Shown here: piece after piece, positions 49,487 to 59,884 of the stretch | How positions within the stretch are numbered: position 1 is the stretch's first letter | How the letters are laid out: each line of letters starts with the position of its first letter | Assembly: GCA_018398765.1 (NCBI GenBank) | Contig: JAHBMJ010000023.1 | Coordinates: 1 to 59,884, forward strand | Source: Chromera velia | Lineage: Eukaryota | Direction of reading: 5' to 3' | DNA length: 59,884 nucleotides | Translations under genes and position numbers: made by a program | The notes under the pieces: model-generated | The model's database searches: none | Seen by the model: the letters and a program-made list of their open reading frames with translations, nothing else | What the model was told of the DNA's origin: nothing

Positions 49487-52400
49487 CTAGCTGGTACGAG
49501 GGGCGTTTCTAGCAGCGTGCACAGATCCCCTCATTCTTTGTGGCACTGCGTCAACTTTCTGTATTCCCAGTGACCCCATTGCAGCCACACCACAGAGAAG
49601 TGTTGCGGCCGCATCAAGAGCAGCATAGTCTATCTGATACTGACGGAGAGGGCGAAGCTGCCAGTTGGACATCCTGGCCGACCCCGACTCCTTGAAGAGG
49701 GGGAGCCCAAACATCGACTGACAGATATCGGAAAGACTGGAGGGAGCTCGAGGACCACTCTGATTCCCCCCCCTTCCCCCTCTTCCCCCCCTGCCCCCTC
49801 TCCAATATCCAGCTCCCTGCCCCACCCCCACTCCCACTCCCAGTCTGCCTGTCTGCCACACTCCACTGACCAACCTTGGCAGGTTGATGAACCTGCACCT
49901 GGACACAGACGCAACCCCGTGACCCTCCCCAGAGACCCGGAGTCTCTCCACAAGGGCATCAAAGTCACTCCCCATCCCCAAAGCCACCATCGAGGGCACC
50001 CTACGTTCCAAAAGCCTGCACACTCCTTCTCGCACTGTTCTTCCACCCGCCCCTCCCGTCAAATCGACAAGAAAGATCTGCGGTTTCGGCAACGAACGAA
50101 GAATCTCAGGATGCAGGGGGAAAACACTTCCCTCCACAATCCGTGCAATCTCCCCCACCTGTTGTTCACCCAACGCAGCCACTTGCAGAAGTGCAGCTGC
50201 GGGTTTTTCAAACGGCAAAACAGAGGGCGCCCACTCCAAGTCGATTCCCATCAGCCCCCCAGAAGAGAGTCTTTGGAGACTCTCACGCATGCTCTCGAAA
50301 CTCGTGGGGGAGTCTACCCATTGGATGCGGTCGGAAGGGGACGGCAATCCCAACAAGCCGGACAGAGAGAGATGCCCTGGAGGGTCGCAGCGGGGTACTT
50401 CCCTATGCATTGGGTCTGTTGCGCTGCTTGCTTCTTGTCTTATTTGCCCCTCTATTTGCCTCAACGTCTCTATTGCTCGTCTCTCTGCAAGGGGGGTGTC
50501 AGCAGGGAGGGGGGACGGCGGCAAAACATCCAAAACTTTAGATGCCCCCACAAAATCGCGTCTGTGTACTAGAAGAATGCCGCACGCAGCTGCTAGCTGG
50601 AGCCGCCCGCCGACCATATTCAGAAGCTCCTGCACTCACTCACGCAGGCAAGCCAGCAAGCAACCAATCATGATGCGAAGATTTACGAGAGAGCATGCCA
50701 CTTCGTCTTTCCTTCTTCCAAATGCCTGCTCATTTGCTGTGCGAGTGAGAAAGAACAGAGGAGCGTGATGTGTGAAGGGCGCAAGGCGTATAGACCTGTA
50801 CAACAGACACCACGTGCCACATCCACACACATACCAGACACATACACACACAATCACTCTCACCCCCCCACACACACACACACAGACATACATACAAAGA
50901 CACACACCTCTGCACAAACAGAAGAAACGAGAGACAGTCTCGATTTTGCAAGCAAAACGGCCACACAGAGGGAGCCAGCAACGATCAAGACAAGGTGTGA
51001 GTCCGCCTCTCAATGTTTCTTTCCCGTCCTTTCACACTCACTCACTCACTCACTAGATTGTTCGATCGGAGCAGGCAGGCAGGTATGAATCTCTTCCCTC
51101 CCTCCCTTCCTGACAGGAAAAAAAAAGGGGGGGGAAGCACACACGCACTCACCGCGTGGTTTCCTCTCACCTCCCACAGCACGCAATTTGCCGCCAGCTT
51201 GCCCCTTGCGGCTGCATACTCTGGGCACATCGAGAGGACATCAATCCCCGACAGCCCCAAACTCTCTGCAACTTCTGCAACCAGCTTCCTGGAACCACCC
51301 TTCTTGCCATCCTTATTCAATGCCAAAGCGAAACAGAGACTCAGCAACGCAAAGCAACGAATTTCAACTGCCTCCGCCAATCGCTGTCGAGCGGCGTCCT
51401 CGATCTTGTAGGCGAACAGCTGCAGGCAACACAACACAAGACAAGAAGACATGCAGGGAGGGAGGGAGGGACCATAACGTGTAGTCGAACTCAAGGGCAG
51501 TGCCTCATTCCCTCTAAATGCATCAGGACCTATTTGACGTTGCAGCACAGCAGCAGCTTGGAGAGTCCGCACAAACAAACTGGTTCCCTCTCTACACTTC
51601 TCCTCTCTAGCTTTTCATCTCGCTAGCTTCACTCCATCATATTACTATCGCTTTGCTCTCTTTTCCTTAATTCCTCTCTAATAACGGACCATGACGATAT
51701 ATTTTTTTTGTGACGATACAAGGGACGACAGACCTCTTTCAACTGGGCCTCGGGGATCCGGACCTCACAGATGCTGCAGGACGGTCGTTGGGTTAAAGGC
51801 TGTGCTTCTGGCTGCTGTCCTGGGAGTACAGAGGCAGACGCAGAGGCAGTGGCAGAGGAGTCGTGGAGGTCGGAGAGGGTTCTCAGGGCTGCCGGTCGGT
51901 CCCCCCTCCTCAGGGCTGACTGAAACATGCCTTCAGGGGTGCCGGAGGGCTCTTCCTCTGCGGGGGGTGGGGGTCTGATGGGAGGGGGGGAGGGAGTACG
52001 GGGACTTCCTGGGACCCTCCTCTTCGATCCGACGGGGGGAGGGAGAGGGAGAAGAGCCTGCGTGCAGAAGGGAAATGGGGGTTGCAGGGGGAAAAGGAGA
52101 ATGAGTGGTGATGGGGAGCTGTAGGGAAAGACACAGGAAGGAAGGGGGAAAGAGGCCAAGGGATAAAAGGGGATAAGAGTTTTGGACAGTGCAGGACAAG
52201 ATGCTGGAACAGGGAAGAAAAAGCTAGAGCAAACGTGGGGGGGAATAGATACGCAGAGAGACACCCGCAAAGGAGTGGGCCCTTTCTACTTCATCCCAGA
52301 AAGTCATGCATCAGTTCCTTCCCTTAATTGCCCTGACCTTCCGTCCTGTGTTGTCCCCCACGTGCTGCACATCCTTCTCTGGACTTTCATTGAAAACCTG

Positions 52401-52733
52401 GCTTCTCGTGTGTTCAGTCTGATGTGCTGGATTGGAAGTCTCAAGTGCAGCTCCCGACGTTGTCGACGTGCGAACGCCATCCGGTAGTTCCAGCAGTGCA
52501 GCAGATCCTGAGGAGGGATCGGGAAATGAGTCAGCAGAACCCGATTGGTTTTGTGAGTTATGTGGGGGGCCATCGCGCAACTGTTCAGCCGCCTGAGGTG
52601 TTTCCAACTGTTGTCCAGCTCCAAGTGACCCTTTTGTCTCCTCATCCACTGCTGCACTCACAGAGGGATGCGGAGGATCCAATGCAGAGGAAGCGAGACC
52701 TCCCGACTCCCTAACGCTGGAAGTGCTCTCCAT
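49487..52733 (-). CDS. DEDDy 3'-5' exonuclease, WRN/Mut-7(EXD3)-like (~700 aa, spliced)
   Basis: Phase-0 exons 52733-52338, 52057-51764, 51419-51153, 50629-49487. ExoI GIDLEW..LLQVA, ExoII GSDFDAL, ExoIII SNWQLRPLRQYQIDYAALDA. The upstream exon structure is tentative. Confidence 0.85.
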
Positions 52734-53519
52734 TGTTCACAAACACCGCGGATTTCTCGGTTCTCAAGAAGTCAAATCAATCTAGCTCTCCCAATCAGTT
52801 CGTCGAACTTGAATGAGCTCTTGTGGCCTGTAGGGGACCGACCAGAAACGCCTCGCCGTCTCTGTCAAGTTCATGTCCCTTGATGATCATTCCGAGCTGT
52901 TAGGTCTTCACTGTTCTTGCACTTTCCACTTTATGAATATATGACCGACAGAAATGAAAACAGGTGGCATGTGCGTTGTGACACTGTCGTCCTATGTCGT
53001 CCTTCATGCACTCAGGAGATCCCGGCCTAGCTGCATGGTACCGCGCGCAATTGTGAGATACAAGGATCCGCGCGCGTATAACGCGGCTCTCGATGCTGCA
53101 TGGGCGCTCAGACTATATATACCTCGCCATGCATGCGTATGCAACCACCTATACGCCCCCCGAGGCACTCACCCAACTGGTTGGGTGATCGCCCCCGGCA
53201 TCCCCCCCCAAAAGCCGACGTACCTAGCGACCTTGGCCGGGGCGCTCCGCCGCCCGTCAATCGGACCTCACACACGGAAGACCTACCTAGGCACCTTCCA
53301 CAAACAGCTTCGTCGCCCTTGAAGGCTCTTATAAAACCTACCTAGCTTTCTCCAGCTGGTTGTTTCGCCATCTGCTTCGGAGGTACAGTGAAGGTAGTGG
53401 TCTTTCACAGCGGTCTTCACCGTCTGTCAAGGAGAAGACTGTGCCGTCTCCTGCCGTCTCTGACGGTCTCCGGCCATCTACGCGAAGCAAAGCTCTCCAG
53501 CCAGTCCATAAGCGTCCAC

Positions 53520-53543
53520 ACATACATATATGCACACACACAC

Positions 53544-53574
<31 letters not shown>

Positions 53575-54021
53575 CATATATACACACATACACACACACA
53601 CACATACACACACACATACACATACTCGTACACTCACACTCTCTCTCTCACACACACATATGCATACTCGAATGCACACACACGCACATACATACACACA
53701 CGTACATGCATACACACACATGTATGCATACACAAATACACATACGTACATGCATATACATATGCACACACACATACACACACACATACACACACACACA
53801 CACACATACACATACACACACACACACACAGAGGCACACACATACACAGGCACACACACACAGGTACGCACACACAGATATGTACACACAAGCACACATA
53901 CATACAGGCATGCACATACTGGCACGCACACACATATACACAGGCACGCGCGCACACACACACACACACACATATATACACATACATACACACACATACA
54001 CACACATACACATACACACAT

Positions 54022-54066
<45 letters not shown>

Positions 54067-54097
54067 CAGAGAGAGATGTACACACACATACATACAT

Positions 54098-54180
<83 letters not shown>

Positions 54181-54201
54181 CGCATACACACACATACACA
54201 C

Positions 54202-54232
<31 letters not shown>

Positions 54233-54330
54233 TATACACATATATACATAGACACACACACACACACACACACATATATACACACACATATATACACAGA
54301 CATACACACACAGAGAGAGAGAGAGAGAGA
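53520..54330. repeat. (CA/TA)n and (GA)n compound microsatellite
   Basis: Direct reading. Confidence 0.95.
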
Positions 54331-55990
54331 GTCAGGTCACTGCAGAGAGAGTGTGGATGGGATGTCAGGTTACTGAACGAAGAAGGGGAAAAATCTGCAG
54401 ACATGCAGGCAAAACTATTGAACCACAATGATAAATTAAATTTCATATATGTTTTACAAAGTCAAAAATTCTATTTATCGATCTTTATTTTAGAATGTGA
54501 AACTTTTTAAAATAGTGTTTCAAACTTTTAAAATTATTTATAATATTATATAACTAAGTATTGATAAGTACAATATTTTTTGCATTCATTAAATTCACCT
54601 TTTTAATTTTTGTATCTTTGAAAAAAAAAATGTATGATCAGAATATAAAGAATTGCCACAATAGAACAGTTCTTTTCTTTTTTTAAGTTTAAGTCTATTA
54701 AGCTTTATGCATCCTAGTCTATTAATAGATATGTTTAATTATGCATATGGTTTACTTAGGTTCATTGCGATGAAGATATATTCATTCATATGTGTTCCGG
54801 TTGGGCGGATGCAGGCAGGATGGTTATGTATATATCGCTGGGGGCGCTGCAGCCGGGCACCCCGGCGTGGAACTACCCGGCCCGCGCGCAGCCTCGGGCA
54901 GGCCGCGCGCGCGCGTGGAAATGTGTTTCGTGGAGTAGGTGAGTGCCTTGATAAAATATCTCCGCATGTTTTTTTCCCGGATGCAAGAAAAAAAATTTAT
55001 GGGCCTCTAACAATATTTGAAGGCAAACGCAGGCGATGGCAGCTCTGAAAGCCAAAAATAAATTTAAACGTGGCCGAGCTAACAAAACTTCGAATTTTGG
55101 TATCTCAAGCTGGTTTTCTGTGGTCTTCAAGAGAGACTGGGTCTGGCACCTTCAGCGTCAGGCTTCGGATTTTGAAATCCGAAAGGCCTTCGGATGTAAT
55201 AATAACCCGTCACCTCGGGGGGTAACTCAGCTCTGCTAAGATCAGCCGAGAGGCCCTGAGATCGCACGTACTCGCATAACGCATGTTTTCATTTTTAGGG
55301 GGGGGGTCGCTTCTATCTCTGTCTGTCACAGTGTCGCCCAAATTCCAAAATATGCCCCTCAAGCAACTCGTACGGAGCCGCGATCACACATATTTTAATT
55401 ACTTTACACATGCGTGCCCCTCAAGTAACTTGCATGGAGTTGCAAGTATATGCTCGCATGGTCCTGAAAAGCATACTTCATGCACGTTGCCGTAGCCCCC
55501 GCCCCATTGTTGTGCCCTAATTCAGAAAGCGGCGACGGACCGTGGGACGGGTCAGGCGCGCGCGCGGGAGCGGACTCACAGAACGGACGGCCCGCCGAGC
55601 GTACGTCAGGCGTACGGCAGCCTTAACGGTGCAAACAATACAGTTACAGCAACACTGTCAAAGCAACATATCAACAACAGATGGCAACAGAAGTGAGACT
55701 GATCTCAGTATCAGAAAGAAGCATAAAGCGTGAACATACAGAGATGGAAAGATGGAAACAGACGTGACGTTGCATCCATGTACGTATCTGAATTCACTTG
55801 GAAAGCGATACAGACGTGCATACATGCGAAGCCAGAATTACTTGACAAGCCATACAGAAAGGATCTTACCAGAACGACTCGAAGTGACGATGAAGGACCC
55901 GATAGACGAGTACCGAAGTAGACTCAAGTAAGTTGTGTGTATGTAGAGTCCTGTATAGCTCGCTAGCTTGCCCACTAGCGGAATCATCAG

Positions 55991-56002
55991 TGGCAGTAGA
56001 GC
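55991..56002 (+). promoter_or_regulatory. Putative primer-binding site (tRNA-iMet-like)
   Basis: TGGCAGTAGAGC lies 1 nt after the putative LTR end; 10/12 match to the iMet-type TGGTAGCAGAGC. Confidence 0.55.
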
Positions 56003-56156
56003 ATTCCTGATTTGAGGCACCTCTGCACCCTTTCTCTTTCGCGCCATTCTCGGTTTGCTTCGTTCGGGAAGGAGCTTTCTCAATCCTTCCCTTTCTGCCA
56101 ACATAGAAAAAGCTGAACACGCTCCACTTGCAGGCCTATTCGACCACCTCAACAAC

Positions 56157-57055
56157 ATGCAAGTCAATTTGGTAAAGCTGAAGACTCTGGATGTCCGGCT
56201 GATCTGCGACCCCTTTGACCTAAAGAAGCACGATGCAGACACTTGGTGGACCCTTTTCAAGGCTAAGTACACCCATGAAAACTTGAACATCGAGGAACTC
56301 AAGGTTCTGGTGCAGAGGCATGGGGTGGGGGACCTTTTCACGGATTGGTTGAAAGAGAAAGGAAACTTGTGTGCAAATGAGGCAGCACTGGAGGCTTCTT
56401 TCCTCTAAGAATTCTGACCTACACCCCAGGAACAAACATAGGCGGTCTATACTCTCGGAAGCTATCGCCTCTCCCCCGGAGGCGATTTCGATCAACACCT
56501 CGATCATTTCCTTGCAGAGTATCGAAAGGCCAGCCCCGGCCATGAAACAAAAGCACGCATCCTTCCCTTCATTGGGACCCTTTACGAAGACCTCAACTCG
56601 CGATTGACATCCGAACCGCCAATCAACGACTGGGCCCGATTGATTACCCGAGTGAGGTTTCTGTACAAGCAGATCAGCAAGGAGAAGGGACTCGCAAAGC
56701 TTACAGCCATGCAGGCACCCAAGGGCAAACAGGGAGGACCCCAGACACCCAATTTCCAAACCCAGCCTGACTACAGCCGAACAGCAGTCGACCAGTTGAG
56801 AGCAGAGATCGCGGCTCTCAGACAGCAACTCCAGAATAGCAACAGAGGCTCCTACCACCCTCCCCAGCAGCAGCTGAGCTACAACAACTCCCATAGATCC
56901 CAGTACTCCGGCCAGTCCGCACCACCTGCAGCCGGAAGGAAAGACCGCAGAGGACCCCGCAGCAAACTACCAGGGTGGGGGACAGTCGGTCATCAGAACT
57001 ACTGGGGCTGTGGCATTTGTGGCTTGAAGGAGCACAGGAAAGCGGATTGCCGGTC

Positions 57056-57083
<28 letters not shown>
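56157..57083 (+). pseudogene. gag: Gag with CCHC zinc knuckle, 3 in-frame stops
   Basis: Single frame with stops at 56406, 56415, 56439; CGICGLKEHRKADC; start codon uncertain. Confidence 0.8.
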
Positions 57084-58783
<1,700 letters not shown>

Positions 58784-59884
58784 CCCATGGCGGAAACGAA
58801 CATGTTCGGATCCGCGGAAAAATTGCACTTTTCCGCATGCGCGGATCCAAACAGTGAGCAATTCCGCATAGCATATTGCACTTCCGAACACTGTTCGTTT
58901 CCACGTTTGAACACTGTTCAGATCCACACCTTCACTCTTCATTCCCATCATGAGACGATGGATCCATACAGAGCATATGCCGAAACAGCTTTCACTCAGT
59001 GGTTACGCTTTTGGACGTCCTCTATTGGTCTTCGTGAGCAAATTCATGCTTTCAACGATGTGAGACAGTTTGAAAAGAAGCTTCTCATGATAACAGCTTT
59101 CTCTTGGCAATCAAACGATGCCACTCGTCAGGTGGAGAGCTGGCTGTCTGAATTTATTCCCGTTCCCCAAATAACAGAAAGTGTTTCTATCTCTGAAAGG
59201 GTTTTTGATCCTTACTTTAAGAAAAATAAAGTAGTGAGAGCTGAGGCTGGAGAGGAGACGGTGCCTATCTTCTCTTTGAAGACTCACTTGCAGCTTCTCT
59301 CAAAGTTTACCTCTTTCTGCAAGGAGCTCCAGGCCTACTTCGAGTACAAGCGAGGCTTTTTAGAGAGGGGGGAGGACTTGGATGGAATGTATCGCAGCGC
59401 ACTCTCTGGCAGGGTCTATCAAGCTCACTCGAGATTCTTTCGTCACCCTTCGTCAATTGCACTCCTGAAATACTCAGATAGTGTGGATCCCAACCCGGGG
59501 TTTGCTAGAGATGTGTTCCACAACTTCTACGTACATGCACAGGTACTCGATTTTGCTCATCTTGACAATAAGTTTGCTTTCCGGAACATCTTTCCATACT
59601 CGATCATACTGAATAAGCAAGTGCAAGCAGGAGCGAATCAAGATGTCTGCCGTCGCTGGATTGAACAGACGCAGGAATATGAAGCAGGGTTGACGCTTTC
59701 CGTGTATATGAATGGGGAGGAGATATTTGAAGAGATTACTGTTTACCCCCACTTTGGAAAAGTGCTTGGAGACTGGGTTGCCATCGCAGAAGATAGCAAT
59801 TGTAAGGGGCACGGGGCAAGCAAATTTTGTCAAAGATGTGGAGATGTATATGTGCAGGAATACCAAAGGCGAGAGGGAAAGGGG
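58784..59884 (+). mobile_element. CMC (EnSpm/CACTA-like) DNA transposon, left end
   Basis: RT homology stops abruptly at cccatggcgg; palindromic subterminal sequence 58803-58853; transposase-like ORF follows. Confidence 0.7.
58958..59884 (+). CDS. Putative CMC/EnSpm (Transposase_21-like) DDE transposase, partial, runs off the window
   Basis: 309 open codons: MDPYRAYAETAF...YRSALSGRVY...IALLKYSDSVDPNP...KVLGDWVAIAEDSNCKGHGASKFCQRC. Two candidate catalytic Asp followed by KGH-x4-CxxC, as in CMC transposases. Confidence 0.7.
   Translation, partial: MDPYRAYAETAFTQWLRFWTSSIGLREQIHAFNDVRQFEKKLLMITAFSWQSNDATRQVESWLSEFIPVPQITESVSISERVFDPYFKKNKVVRAEAGEETVPIFSLKTHLQLLSKFTSFCKELQAYFEYKRGFLERGEDLDGMYRSALSGRVYQAHSRFFRHPSSIALLKYSDSVDPNPGFARDVFHNFYVHAQVLDFAHLDNKFAFRNIFPYSIILNKQVQAGANQDVCRRWIEQTQEYEAGLTLSVYMNGEEIFEEITVYPHFGKVLGDWVAIAEDSNCKGHGASKFCQRCGDVYVQEYQRREGKG

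Overview
This is eukaryotic, intron-rich genomic DNA with three assembly gaps (5809-6141, 19987-20000, 36521-36816). The sequence style suggests an alveolate/chromerid-like protist, but that is a low-confidence inference. Two host genes can be reconstructed by hand: a ~12-exon Aurora-type Ser/Thr kinase with a long low-complexity tail (+, 9385-18254) and a 4-exon DEDDy 3'-5' exonuclease of the WRN/Mut-7(EXD3) type (-, 52733-49487). Most of the rest is transposable elements. A LINE (23984-~42950, -) is split by a 6.7-kb CAC-terminal TIR element carrying two convergent spliced genes of unknown family whose introns share one sequence. It is split again by an 8.4-kb TIR element that holds further nested foldbacks. 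The window also has a second LINE family, several MITEs (one carrying a 5S rRNA-derived core), and a Ty3/Gypsy element with a -1 frameshift signal. That Gypsy element is cut by a CMC/EnSpm-like transposase ORF missing from the supplied ORF track. Older repeats show many in-frame stops, few frameshifts, and C>T/G>A differences at CpG and CpA, suggesting methylation- or RIP-like repeat mutagenesis. All alignments, splicing and translations were done by eye; no database searches were run.
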